A DNA stretch of 64,000 nucleotides from Actinopolymorphaceae bacterium. GTDB lineage: Bacteria; Actinomycetota; Actinomycetes; Propionibacteriales; DAIQRJ01. This document shows positions 40,631-49,953 of the stretch, piece after piece. The first letter of the stretch is position 1. Each line of letters starts with the position of its first letter. Position numbers and translations under genes: made by a program. The notes below the pieces were generated by a model, which was not told where the DNA came from, made no database searches, and saw only the letters and a list, made by a program, of their open reading frames with translations. Location of the stretch: the NCBI GenBank assembly GCA_036786375.1, contig DAIQRJ010000016.1:3965-67964 (forward strand), given 5' to 3'.

Positions 40631-41995
40631 GTGGGAATGCCCGATCCGCTGGGGTGGGCCGGCTCCGTCGGGCACGGTCGGGTCGTGGCCCTCCTCGACG
40701 AACCCGACGCGATCCGCCGTGCACTCGACCGGTTCGGTTTCGGCGCCGACGCCGCCCAGCTCGCGACCGCCCGGCACGCGGGCTGGGACGCAACAGTCGC
40801 CGGCTTCTTCCGTCCGGCCGCGGGCGGCCCGGACACTGTGGTGCCCACGCTGCCGCTGATCGCCCGCCCGGGGAAGGACGCGAGTGCTGCCGACAAGAAG
40901 AAGGCCGCACAGGGGCGAAAGGCTCAGCAGCTGCAGATCGTCATCTGGTGGCTCGATCAGATGGTGGTGGCCGACCACGGCCTGACCGAGCGGATGACCT
41001 GGTTCTGGCACGGCCACTTCGCCACCAGCGTGCAGAAGGTGAAGTCGGCCCCGCTCATGCTGGCGCAGAACGAGACGCTGCGATCCGATGCGTTGGCCAC
41101 GTTCGAGAAGCTCGCCCACGCGATGATCGTCGACCCGGCGATGCTCGTCTGGCTCGACGGCAACGACAACGTGGTCGGTGCTGCGAACGAGAACCTGGCA
41201 CGCGAGTTCATGGAGCTGTTCAGCATCGGCCACGGCGCCTACAGCGAGGACGACGTCCGCGAGGCGGCTCGCGCCCTGACCGGCTGGACGGTGAAACGCG
41301 CCACCGGCAAGGCGAGATTCGGCCCGCGCCGCCACGACGACACCGCCAAGACGATCCTCGGGACGACCGCCGACTTCGACGCCGGCAGCTTCGTCGATCT
41401 CGTGTGCGCTCAGCCGGCCAGCCCGCCCTTCCTCATCTCCCGTGTCTGGGCCCGGCTGGTCGGCCCGCTCCCGCTGACCACCGCCGTCGACGACCGGCTG
41501 GTCGCCGCGTACGGGTCATCGGGCGATATCACCGCGTTGCTGCGTGCCGTCCTCGCCGAGCATGCGTTCCGCGATCGTCAAGCCGGCTTGGTCAAACAGC
41601 CGGTCGAGTGGCTTGCCGGGCTGATGCGAGCGCTCCGCGTCCGCCCGTCCGGTCTCGACCCGAAGGAGCAACGCGAGCTCGCTGTCGGGCTGCGGGGCAT
41701 GGGGCAGGTGCCGTTCCTCCCGCCGAGCGTCGGCGGTTGGCCCGCAGGCGGGGCTTGGCTCACCACCTCGGCCGCCGTCGCCCGTCTGCACACCGCGAAA
41801 CTCGTTGCCGGCAGGGCCGATCTCAAGGCGCTCACGGCGGCCAGCCGGCTCAACCGGATCACCGCGGTCGGGCAGCTACTGGGCGTCGGCACCTGGACGA
41901 CCCGGACCCGGAATGCCCTGGCCGCCGCGGCCGGAGAGCCGGTCGCCCTCGTCGTCGTCGCTGCCGTCAGCCCGGAGTACGTCGTCAGCGGCTAG
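40631..41995 (+). CDS. DUF1800 domain-containing protein
   Basis: ...LDRFGFGADAAQL...ERMTWFWHGHFATSVQKV...NENLAREFMELFSIGHGAYSEDDVREAARALTGW... are typical DUF1800 blocks. Confidence 0.8.
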   Translation: MGMPDPLGWAGSVGHGRVVALLDEPDAIRRALDRFGFGADAAQLATARHAGWDATVAGFFRPAAGGPDTVVPTLPLIARPGKDASAADKKKAAQGRKAQQLQIVIWWLDQMVVADHGLTERMTWFWHGHFATSVQKVKSAPLMLAQNETLRSDALATFEKLAHAMIVDPAMLVWLDGNDNVVGAANENLAREFMELFSIGHGAYSEDDVREAARALTGWTVKRATGKARFGPRRHDDTAKTILGTTADFDAGSFVDLVCAQPASPPFLISRVWARLVGPLPLTTAVDDRLVAAYGSSGDITALLRAVLAEHAFRDRQAGLVKQPVEWLAGLMRALRVRPSGLDPKEQRELAVGLRGMGQVPFLPPSVGGWPAGGAWLTTSAAVARLHTAKLVAGRADLKALTAASRLNRITAVGQLLGVGTWTTRTRNALAAAAGEPVALVVVAAVSPEYVVSG

Positions 41996-42079
41996 CCCGC
42001 CGGCTCCATCCCGCGCAGACCAGCCCACGCGCATATTCACGATCACGTTCCGAACGCCCAAGCCCGTCAGGAGAATCCC

Positions 42080-43384
42080 ATGCCTCTGAGCTCCGTCACC
42101 CGGCGCCGGTTCCTCACCTATTCAGGCGTCGCAGCCGCCGGCGCGCTCGCCGTCGGCGCGACCCAGGTGAGCTGGCTCGACCTCATCCACGCCGCCGAAC
42201 GCGACCCGCTCGACCCCACGTCGGCGGTCCTCGTCGTCGTCACCCTCTACGGCGGCAACGACGGCTTGAACACCGTGGTCCCGGCCGGGGACAAGGCCTA
42301 CCAGTCGGCCCGTCCCGATCTCGCATACCAGCCGAACGAGGTCCTCGACCTCGGCGACGGCCTCGGGCTGAACCCCGGAATGACCGGCCTGCACAAGCTG
42401 TGGAACGACAGACAGCTCGCCATCGTGCGCGGCGTCGGGTATCCGCAACCCGACCACAGCCACTTCCGTTCGATGGCGATCTGGCAGACCGCGTCCCCGC
42501 AGACATCGGTCCCGACCGGCTGGCTCGGGCGCTGGCTCGACCGGACCGGCGACGATCCGATCCGCGCGGTGTCGATCGATCCGGTCCTGCCGCCCATGCT
42601 GGCCGGGGAGAAGACCGCGGCTGCGTCGTGCCCGGTGAGCGGGCTCGTGCTGCCGCCGGCCGTGCTCGGGACGTCGTTGAGCGGGCTCGGTGTCGCCTCG
42701 GCCGACGACGGCACGTGGCAGGCCCGGGTGGCGAAGTCGTACGCCGATCTGGGGCGCGCCGCGAAGGTCCTCGGGCCGGCCGTGCCGAAGGCCGGTGCCG
42801 CCAAGGGGCACGGCAAGAACGCCACGCCGACGCCGACTGCCACACCGGACCCCGACGATCCGGACGCCGCGTCCGCGACGGCCTCCTCCGCGGGTGGCAC
42901 GGGTGGGCTGGCCAGACAGCTCGACGTGGTCGCGAGCCTGGTCGAGGCGGGTGTTCCGACGCGCGCCTACTCGGTCTCGCTCGGCGGATTCGACACGCAC
43001 GCCGACGAACGCGCTACCCAGCAACGGCTTCTGGGCGAGCTCGACCAGGCACTCAGCGGATTCGCCGCGCGTCTCGCCACGACGGACCGCGGCAAGCAGG
43101 TCGTCACGCTGGTCTACTCGGAGTTCGGCCGTCGCGTCACGGCGAACGCCAGCGAAGGCACCGATCACGGCACCGCAGGACCGGTATTCGTGCTGGGCAA
43201 GGGTGTTCTCGGTGGTTTCCACGGCGACCAGCCGAGTCTGACCGACCTCGACGACGGCGATCTCAAGGCCGGCACCGACTTCCGGGACGTCTACGCGTCG
43301 GTCCTGCAGACCGTCCTCGGCGCCGATCCCGGTGCGGTGCTCGACGGCCACACCGGCAAGGTCGACAAGCTGTTCGCCGCCTGA
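42080..43384 (+). CDS. DUF1501 domain-containing protein (sulfatase/alkaline-phosphatase-like) with twin-arginine signal
   Basis: MPLSSVTRRRFLTYSGVAAAGALAVGA (Tat motif)...LYGGNDGLNTVVP...GGFDTHADE...EFGRRVTANASEGTDHGTAGPVFVLG... Confidence 0.85.
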   Translation: MPLSSVTRRRFLTYSGVAAAGALAVGATQVSWLDLIHAAERDPLDPTSAVLVVVTLYGGNDGLNTVVPAGDKAYQSARPDLAYQPNEVLDLGDGLGLNPGMTGLHKLWNDRQLAIVRGVGYPQPDHSHFRSMAIWQTASPQTSVPTGWLGRWLDRTGDDPIRAVSIDPVLPPMLAGEKTAAASCPVSGLVLPPAVLGTSLSGLGVASADDGTWQARVAKSYADLGRAAKVLGPAVPKAGAAKGHGKNATPTPTATPDPDDPDAASATASSAGGTGGLARQLDVVASLVEAGVPTRAYSVSLGGFDTHADERATQQRLLGELDQALSGFAARLATTDRGKQVVTLVYSEFGRRVTANASEGTDHGTAGPVFVLGKGVLGGFHGDQPSLTDLDDGDLKAGTDFRDVYASVLQTVLGADPGAVLDGHTGKVDKLFAA

Positions 43385-43387
43385 CCG

Positions 43388-44689
43388 TCAGCCGCCGAGG
43401 ATCGTGTCCGCGGGCAGCGTCAGCACGAACCTCGCGCCGGCGCGGCCGTCCTGGCGGGCTGTACAGACCAGGTCTCCGCCGTGCCGGCGGGCGGTGGAGC
43501 GGGCGATCGCCAGCCCGAGCCCCGAGCCCCCGGACCGGCGCGCCCGGCCGTCGTCGAGCCGGACGAGCCGGTCGAAGACACGCTCGCGATCGGTCGCCGG
43601 CACACCCGGCCCGTTGTCGGTCACGGTGAGGACGACACCGGTTGCCGAGGTGGCGATGTCGACCTGGACGAAAGGATCCGGCGTCGAAGCCAGCGCGTGG
43701 GTGGCGTTGACGACCAGGTTGCGGATCAGCGCGGCGAGGCGCTGGCCGTCCGCCCGGACGTCGACGGCGGTGCCGGTCAGGTCGGTCCCGATACCGGCCC
43801 CGGCGGCGGCGTCGAGTTCGCGCTGCACGACCGCCCTCAGGTCCACGTGATCGGCGCGCAGCGGTGATCCCTCGTCCAGGCGTGCGGATTCCAGCAGGTC
43901 CTCGACCAGCCCGGCGGCGCGGTCCGCCTCGACGATCATCAACTCCTGCAGGCGTTGTCGTTGAGCCGCGTCACCGCCACCACCGCGGAGGACATCGGCG
44001 GCCGCACGGATTCCGGAGATGGGCGTGCGCAGTTCGTGTGCGGCGTCGGCGACGAACTGCCGCTGCCGCGCTTCCGCCGCCTCGAGTTCGTCGAGCATGT
44101 CGTCGAACGCCTGCGCCGTTCGTCCGAGTTCGGTGTCGCTGCGGTCGACATGCAGCCGATCGCCGCGCCGGCCGGCCGCGATCGAGCGCGCCAGCGACGT
44201 CATCGCGTCCAACGGGGCCAGGGCGACGCGGGTGCCGAACGCCACCGCCAGCCCGGCCGCCAGCAGCGCGCCGGCACCCGCGATCAGGAGGACGAACCGC
44301 AGCGTGCGGTGCGAGCGTTCGACAACGCTCGTGTCGATCGTCAACGTGAGCTGGGCTCCGTTGATCCGACCGGTGCCGACCAGCTTCGCCCGCACCGTCC
44401 GGATGCTCTCTTGCGGTGGCGGGGTGTCGCCGATGGTCGTCCCATCGGCCAGCACCAGGCTCGCCTGCACGCCTTCGGTCTGGACGCGCCGAATCAGTGC
44501 CGTCGGGGCCACGCCCTGGCGTGCGAGCTGTCGGGCCAGCTGGGCACGGCCGTCGAGCAGCGCCGTGAGACTCCGGTCGGACTGGACGCCGAACACCGCG
44601 TCGACAGCGATTCCCGAGACCAGCAAGGCGGATGCGAGCACGACGAGCACGAGAACGGTCACCCGCCGGCGCAGCGAGACCGTTCTCAT
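43388..44689 (-). CDS. sensor histidine kinase (two TM helices, HAMP, HisKA, HATPase_c)
   Basis: H-box ...FVADAAHELRTPISGI..., ...VTDNGPGVP..., ...GGSGLGLAIA... Confidence 0.9.
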   Translation of the reverse strand: MRTVSLRRRVTVLVLVVLASALLVSGIAVDAVFGVQSDRSLTALLDGRAQLARQLARQGVAPTALIRRVQTEGVQASLVLADGTTIGDTPPPQESIRTVRAKLVGTGRINGAQLTLTIDTSVVERSHRTLRFVLLIAGAGALLAAGLAVAFGTRVALAPLDAMTSLARSIAAGRRGDRLHVDRSDTELGRTAQAFDDMLDELEAAEARQRQFVADAAHELRTPISGIRAAADVLRGGGGDAAQRQRLQELMIVEADRAAGLVEDLLESARLDEGSPLRADHVDLRAVVQRELDAAAGAGIGTDLTGTAVDVRADGQRLAALIRNLVVNATHALASTPDPFVQVDIATSATGVVLTVTDNGPGVPATDRERVFDRLVRLDDGRARRSGGSGLGLAIARSTARRHGGDLVCTARQDGRAGARFVLTLPADTILGG

Positions 44690-44705
44690 CGTCGGTCCGG
44701 GGTTC

Positions 44706-45389
44706 TCACGAGGCGTCCGGCGATCGTTCGGACAGCACGTACCCGAGACCGCGGATCGTGTGGATCACCCGCGGGCCGGCCGCCTCCAGCTTGCGTCTCA
44801 GCGAGCTGATATTGATCTCGACGAGGTTGTCGGCTCGCTCGTCGATTCCCCAGACCGCATTCAGGATCTGCGTCTTCGACAGCACCGTCCCGCTGTGTTC
44901 GGCGAGCACATCCAACAGCCGCCGCTCGGTGCGGGTCAGGGCGATCAGGTGCTCGCCGCGACGGACGACCGCGCCGTCGTCGTCGAGGAGGAGGTCACCG
45001 ACGACACGGCGGGAGCGGGCACCGCCGAGGCGACGCAGGATCGCGTGCGTCCGCGCGACCAGCTCGGCCATCGCGAACGGCTTGACCAGGTAGTCGTCAG
45101 CACCCCGGCGCAGCCCGTTCAGCCGGTCGTCCATCGCGTCGCGGGCTGTCAGCATCAGTACGCCGGCGGCACTTTCTCGACGTGCCACTGCCAGGAGTTC
45201 GAAGCCGTCCCGGCCCGGCATCATCACGTCCAGGATCACCAGATCGGGTCGGGTGGCGCGCAGGTCGTCCTCGAAGCTCGCGCCGTCGGGTCGCGCGGTC
45301 ACGTCGAACCCGTGCTCGGTCAGGGCAGTCTCGACGGCGACGCGGATGACCTCGCTGTCGTCGACGACGAGGATCCGGGAGGCGCGCAC
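44706..45389 (-). CDS. OmpR/PhoB-type response regulator
   Basis: (M)RASRILVVDDSEVIR...DLVILDVMMPGRDGFELL... receiver domain; winged-helix C-terminus ...VIHTIRGLGYVL... Confidence 0.9.
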   Translation of the reverse strand: MRASRILVVDDSEVIRVAVETALTEHGFDVTARPDGASFEDDLRATRPDLVILDVMMPGRDGFELLAVARRESAAGVLMLTARDAMDDRLNGLRRGADDYLVKPFAMAELVARTHAILRRLGGARSRRVVGDLLLDDDGAVVRRGEHLIALTRTERRLLDVLAEHSGTVLSKTQILNAVWGIDERADNLVEINISSLRRKLEAAGPRVIHTIRGLGYVLSERSPDAS

Positions 45390-45439
45390 CCGCCCATTGT
45401 CCGCTGCTGGGCAGCACCGCCGTCCGCGTCACCGGCGGC

Positions 45440-45586
45440 AACTGTGCACACATTCACCCCGGTCAACGGAGGCGGGACGAGTCGATGGCCCCTCCACGAC
45501 GGCCGCGCGTGCGAGGGAGGACTCGCACCGAGAACTGTGCACACAAGCGCGTCCGCGAGCGATCAGGCAGGCGCTTCTGTGCACAG
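45440..45586. promoter_or_regulatory. three copies of the palindrome TGTGCACA in the response-regulator/esterase intergenic region (candidate operators)
   Basis: AACTGTGCACACA at 45440-45452 and, identical, at 45533-45545. CTGTGCACAG (perfect 10-bp palindrome) at 45577-45586. Confidence 0.5.
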
Positions 45587-45655
45587 TCGTCCGTTGGTTC
45601 GCGACGCAGGACGGGTCGACGGGCTCCCGGCGGCGACACGTTAGCGTGCGGGATC

Positions 45656-46669
45656 GTGGGACACACCGTTCTCGGATCGAAGGTCGCCGTGGCCGTCGAA
45701 CCGGACCCCGGCTTCGACACCACCCAGGGCTACGGCCTAGCCGAGCTGCTCGACGTCGGACCGCCGCCCGAACCGGACGGCTTCGACGCGTTCTGGGCCG
45801 GGCTGAAGACGCGTTCCGACCGCGTCTTCAGCCCGGCCCCACCGACGGTGCTGGGTTCAGCCACCGAGTCGACCGGTCGGTCTGGGCTCCGATTGACCGT
45901 GCTCGACGTCGCCTTCACCTCGCTCGGCGGCGTGCGGATCGGTGGGTGGCTGGTCGCCCCGGCGGACGGACGGATTGACGCCGGGATGGTCGTGAGCCAC
46001 GGCTACGGCGGCCGCGAGGAGGCGGACGTCTCGCTGATCCCGCCGCGGACGGCAGCGATCTTCCCGTGCTCGCGCGGGCTGCCGACCCGCAGCCTGCAGC
46101 CCGGTGTGCCGTCCGAGGGAAGCGGGCACGTCCTCGTCGGTATCGACGATCCCCTGACCTACATCCACGGCGGATGTGCCGCGGACATCTGGTGCGCCGC
46201 GACCGCCCTCGCCCAGCTCGTCCCCGGTGCCGACCGGCGACTGGCGTATTGGGGCGGCAGTTTCGGCGGCGGAATCGGTCCGATGGCGCTCCAGGTCGAC
46301 CATCGATTCACCCGCGCGGTGCTCGAAGTGCCGAGCTTCGGCCACCACCCACTGCGCCTCCAGATGCCGTGCAACGGGAGCGGCGCGGACGTTCGGGCCT
46401 ACGCGGCCGAGCACCCCGAGGTGGTCCGAACGCTGAGCTTCTTCGATGCGGCGACCTGCGCGACCCGGGTCGACATGCCGGTCGTGGTTGCTCCGGCGCT
46501 GGCCGATCCCGCGGTGCCGCCGCCGGGCCAATTCGCGGTCGCGAACGCGTTCGCCGGCGAGACGACGGTGTTCGTCACGTCCGCCGGCCACGCCGAGTAC
46601 GCGATGCAGGCCGACGAGCAGGTGGGCTTCCGCGCGCAGGCCGCGTCGCTGCTCGACCCTGACGCCTGA
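45656..46669 (+). CDS. alpha/beta hydrolase, acetylxylan esterase (AXE1/CE7)-like
   Basis: ...GGWLVAPADGRIDAGMVVSHGYGGREE...LAYWGGSFGGGIG (GxSxG)...VTSAGHAEY... Start uncertain: GTG 45656 chosen because the upstream part of track ORF 45485..46669 holds the TGTGCACA repeats. Confidence 0.7.
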   Translation: MGHTVLGSKVAVAVEPDPGFDTTQGYGLAELLDVGPPPEPDGFDAFWAGLKTRSDRVFSPAPPTVLGSATESTGRSGLRLTVLDVAFTSLGGVRIGGWLVAPADGRIDAGMVVSHGYGGREEADVSLIPPRTAAIFPCSRGLPTRSLQPGVPSEGSGHVLVGIDDPLTYIHGGCAADIWCAATALAQLVPGADRRLAYWGGSFGGGIGPMALQVDHRFTRAVLEVPSFGHHPLRLQMPCNGSGADVRAYAAEHPEVVRTLSFFDAATCATRVDMPVVVAPALADPAVPPPGQFAVANAFAGETTVFVTSAGHAEYAMQADEQVGFRAQAASLLDPDA

Positions 46670-46712
46670 CCGCGCGCTGAGCCGGTCGCGCTCGTCCACA
46701 GCCCGGTGGCGA

Positions 46713-46740
46713 TGTCGGAGCGGCATGGTGGAATCGCCGC
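46713..46740 (+). promoter_or_regulatory. RecA-NDp/PafBC-like promoter candidate giving a leaderless adnA mRNA
   Basis: TGTCGGAG (46713-46720), 8 nt, TGGAAT (46729-46734), 6 nt, ATG 46741. Compare the recalled mycobacterial consensus tTGTCRgtg-N8-TAnnnT. Confidence 0.4.
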
Positions 46741-49700
46741 ATGCCCCGATACCGGCTCGTTCGACCGTCGCGCCCTGCCGTGCGCGCGCCGGTGCTCGAC
46801 GCCGCGCAGCAGGCCGTCGTCGAACACCGTGGCGGTCCACTGCTCGTTCTCGCGGGTCCAGGAACGGGCAAGACGACGACGCTCGTCGAAGCCGTCGTGC
46901 ACCGCGTGACGCAGGACGGGCTTCGTCCGGACGAGCTGCTCGTGCTCACCTTCAGCCGCCGCGCGGCCGCGCAGCTGCGGTCCCGGATCGCCGCGAGGCT
47001 CGGTACGACGGTGCGCGAGCCGTCCGCGATGACCTTCCACGCCTACGCGTTCGCGCTGCTGCGCGCCGATGCGGTGGTGCGCGGCGCACCACCGCCACGG
47101 CTGCTGGCCGGCCCGGAGCAGGACGTGATGATCCGTGAGTTGCTTGCCGGTGACGTCGACGAGCACACGCTCGACTGGCCGGTGTCCCTGCTGCCGGCGC
47201 TGCGGACCCGCGGGTTCGCCAGCCAGCTCCGCGACTTCCTGATGCGCGCGACCGAGCGCGGACTCGGCCCGGACGATCTGGCCGCGTACGCGCAGCAATT
47301 CGGACGGTACGAGTGGGACGCCGCCGCGCGGTTCCTCACCGAGTACGAACAGGTCACCTCGCTGCGTGCGCCGGTGGCGGCCTACGACCCGGCCGAGCTG
47401 GTCGCGGCCGCCACCGACCTCCTCGCGGCCGATTCGACCGCACTCACCGCGCAGCGCCAGGCACGTCGCGTGGTGTTCGTCGACGAGTACCAGGACGCGG
47501 ATCCCGCGCAGGAGCAGCTGCTGCAGCTGCTCGCCGGCGGTGGTCGCGACCTCGTCGTCGTCGGCGATCCGGACCAGTCCATCTACTCGTTCCGCGGCTC
47601 CGACATCGAGGTCATCCGACGCTTCGACGAGCGCTTCCGCTCCGCCGACGGGACGCCGGCCCGCACGATCGCGCTGCGGACGTCGCGCCGGTTGCCGCCC
47701 GAGCTGCTGGTGGCGAGCCGACGGGTGGCCGAGCGGCTCGGCGGGCCGGTCGCGCACCGGAACCTCGTCAGTGCTGACACCGGCGTCGAGGCTGCCGACG
47801 CTCCTCCAGTGGTTGGCGTGGCCGTGCTTGGCTCGGCCACCCGCGAGGCCGCCCACATCGCCGGCGTGATGCGCTCGGCGCACCTGCGTGACGGCGTCTC
47901 GTGGTCGTCGATGGCGGTGCTCGTGCGCACCGCCCGCCAGCTGGGGCCGCTTCGTCGTGCGCTGTCCGGGGCCGGCGTGCCGGCCTCGGTCGAAGTGGAA
48001 GCGGTGCCGTTCACCGACGAGCCCGCCGTCCGCCCGCTCCTGTGGCTGCTCGAGGTTGCGCTCGATCGCCGTCGGCTCGACGTGGCTCTCGCGATCGACC
48101 TCGTCACCGGCCCCTACGGCGGTGCCGACGCCCTGGCACTACGCCGGTTGCGCCGGCGGCTGCGCCTTGACCACGCCGTCCGGGAAACGACCGGCCCCGA
48201 CCCGATCGCGGACGCGGCCGATGCCGAACCCAAGTCGGGCCAGCTACTTGTCGAGGCACTGGACGACGCGGCCCGGCTCAAGGATCTCCCCGCCGCGGTG
48301 GCCGCCCCGGCCCGTGCGATCGCCCGGATCCTGGCCGCGGCACGGGCGGCGCTGACCGCGCCGGCCGCCACCGCCGAGTCCGCACTCTGGGCGATGTGGT
48401 CGGCGGCGTCGGTCGCGGAGCGGTGGGTCGGCACGGCAGTTGGGCACGGTCCCGGCGCGGCAACCGCCGACCGCGACCTCGACGCGGTGCTCGCGCTGTT
48501 CGACGCCGCCTCCCGGTTCGTCGACCGGCTCCCGTCGGCCGGCCCCGAGGTATTCCTCGACCACGTCGCCGACCAGCAGTTCCCGGCGGACACGCTCGCC
48601 CCGTCCGCGCCGACCCGCGACACCGTCGCGCTTCTCACCGCCCATGCGGCCAAGGGACTCGAGTGGGACCTTGTCGTCGTCGCCGGCGTCACCGAAGGCG
48701 TCTGGCCCGACCTCCGGGTCCGTGACTCGGTCCTCGGCGCCAGCGAGCTGACCCACCGGCTCAGCGGTCTGCACGAGACACCCGGCGCAATCCTGTCGGC
48801 GCTGCTGGCCGACGAACGCCGGCTGTTCTACGTCGCGGTCACCCGCGCCCGGCGGCGGCTGCTCGTCACCGCGACCGCGGACGAGGAGACATCGCCGTCG
48901 CGGTTCCTCGACGAGCTCGACCCGATCGGGGCGGACGCTGCCACGACCCCGGGCAGTAGCGGATCCACCGCGCCGGCGCGGCCGGTCGAGCGGTCCGAAC
49001 GCAGCCTCGACGTCGGCTCGCTCGTCGCGCACCTGCGCAGCGTCGTCTGCACCGAGCCGACCGCCGACACGGCGTCGGTAACGCGCCGTGAGGCCGCGGC
49101 GCACCAGCTCGCACGGCTCGCCGCGATCGGGGCTCCCGGTGCCGATCCGTCCACCTGGTACGGCATCGCACCGGTGTCGGACTCGAGCCCGCTGGCCGGG
49201 CCGGACGAGACCGTCCGGGTCTCACCCAGCCAGGTGGACGGGCTGCTGCGCTGCCCGCTGAAGTCGGTGCTCGAACGGCACGTCGGAGAGACCGCGGAGT
49301 CGGTCGCGCAGCAGACCGGAGTGCTCGTCCACCAGCTCGGGCACGAACTCGCCCAGGGACTCGATCCGTCACAGCTGCGCGCGCGGTTCGACGAGCTCTG
49401 GCGCAACGTCGACGCCGGTGAGGGGTGGGTGGCCGAGCGCCAGTATCGCCGGACGCGGGCGATGGTCGACCGGCTCGAGGGCTGGTCACGCTCAGACCGT
49501 CGCGAAGTCGTCGACTCCGAGCGGGAGTTCGACGTGATCATCGGCCGCGCGCGCGTGTCCGGCCGGGTCGACCGGCTCGAGCGCGACGCCGCCGGCCGGC
49601 TCGTCGTCCTCGACCTCAAGACGTCGTCCACGCCGGTGCGCGCCGCCGACGTGAGCGTGCATCCGCAGTTGGGCATCTACCAGCTCGCCGTCGAGGCGGG

Positions 49701-49953
49701 CGCCTTCCCGGAGGGACGCGAATCCGGTGGGGCCGGGCTCGTACAGCTCGGCGCCGACCGCCGGGACGCCGAGCAGGCGCAGGACCCGCTCGCCGGCGCG
49801 CCCGACCCGGACTGGGCAGCGACGATGCTCGCCGAGGCGGCCGAGCTCGTCGGCGCCGCGGTGTTCGAGGCCCGGCCCAACGAATGGTGCGACCGGTGCA
49901 CGATGCGCTGGTGCTGCCCGGCCCGCCCCGAGGGCGGGCAGGTGTTCCCGTGA
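46741..49953 (+). CDS. adnA: UvrD-like helicase / RecB-like nuclease subunit of an AdnAB-type DSB-resection motor (AdnA-like, Rv3202c-like)
   Basis: ...LVLAGPGTGKTTTLV..., ...VFVDEYQDADPAQ... C-terminal nuclease motifs GRVDRLE...VVLDLKTS...QLGIYQLA plus a Cys cluster (LLRCPLK...WCDRCTMRWCCP). Confidence 0.85.
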   Translation: MPRYRLVRPSRPAVRAPVLDAAQQAVVEHRGGPLLVLAGPGTGKTTTLVEAVVHRVTQDGLRPDELLVLTFSRRAAAQLRSRIAARLGTTVREPSAMTFHAYAFALLRADAVVRGAPPPRLLAGPEQDVMIRELLAGDVDEHTLDWPVSLLPALRTRGFASQLRDFLMRATERGLGPDDLAAYAQQFGRYEWDAAARFLTEYEQVTSLRAPVAAYDPAELVAAATDLLAADSTALTAQRQARRVVFVDEYQDADPAQEQLLQLLAGGGRDLVVVGDPDQSIYSFRGSDIEVIRRFDERFRSADGTPARTIALRTSRRLPPELLVASRRVAERLGGPVAHRNLVSADTGVEAADAPPVVGVAVLGSATREAAHIAGVMRSAHLRDGVSWSSMAVLVRTARQLGPLRRALSGAGVPASVEVEAVPFTDEPAVRPLLWLLEVALDRRRLDVALAIDLVTGPYGGADALALRRLRRRLRLDHAVRETTGPDPIADAADAEPKSGQLLVEALDDAARLKDLPAAVAAPARAIARILAAARAALTAPAATAESALWAMWSAASVAERWVGTAVGHGPGAATADRDLDAVLALFDAASRFVDRLPSAGPEVFLDHVADQQFPADTLAPSAPTRDTVALLTAHAAKGLEWDLVVVAGVTEGVWPDLRVRDSVLGASELTHRLSGLHETPGAILSALLADERRLFYVAVTRARRRLLVTATADEETSPSRFLDELDPIGADAATTPGSSGSTAPARPVERSERSLDVGSLVAHLRSVVCTEPTADTASVTRREAAAHQLARLAAIGAPGADPSTWYGIAPVSDSSPLAGPDETVRVSPSQVDGLLRCPLKSVLERHVGETAESVAQQTGVLVHQLGHELAQGLDPSQLRARFDELWRNVDAGEGWVAERQYRRTRAMVDRLEGWSRSDRREVVDSEREFDVIIGRARVSGRVDRLERDAAGRLVVLDLKTSSTPVRAADVSVHPQLGIYQLAVEAGAFPEGRESGGAGLVQLGADRRDAEQAQDPLAGAPDPDWAATMLAEAAELVGAAVFEARPNEWCDRCTMRWCCPARPEGGQVFP

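Noticed and set aside
40462-43629. 1055-aa ORF spanning the DUF1800 and DUF1501 genes in another frame
   Set aside because: The translation is Arg/Pro/Gly/Ala low-complexity (RRRRP..., GRRR...) with no recognisable domain. It overlaps two genes with clear family signatures. This is a typical long shadow ORF of GC-rich DNA.
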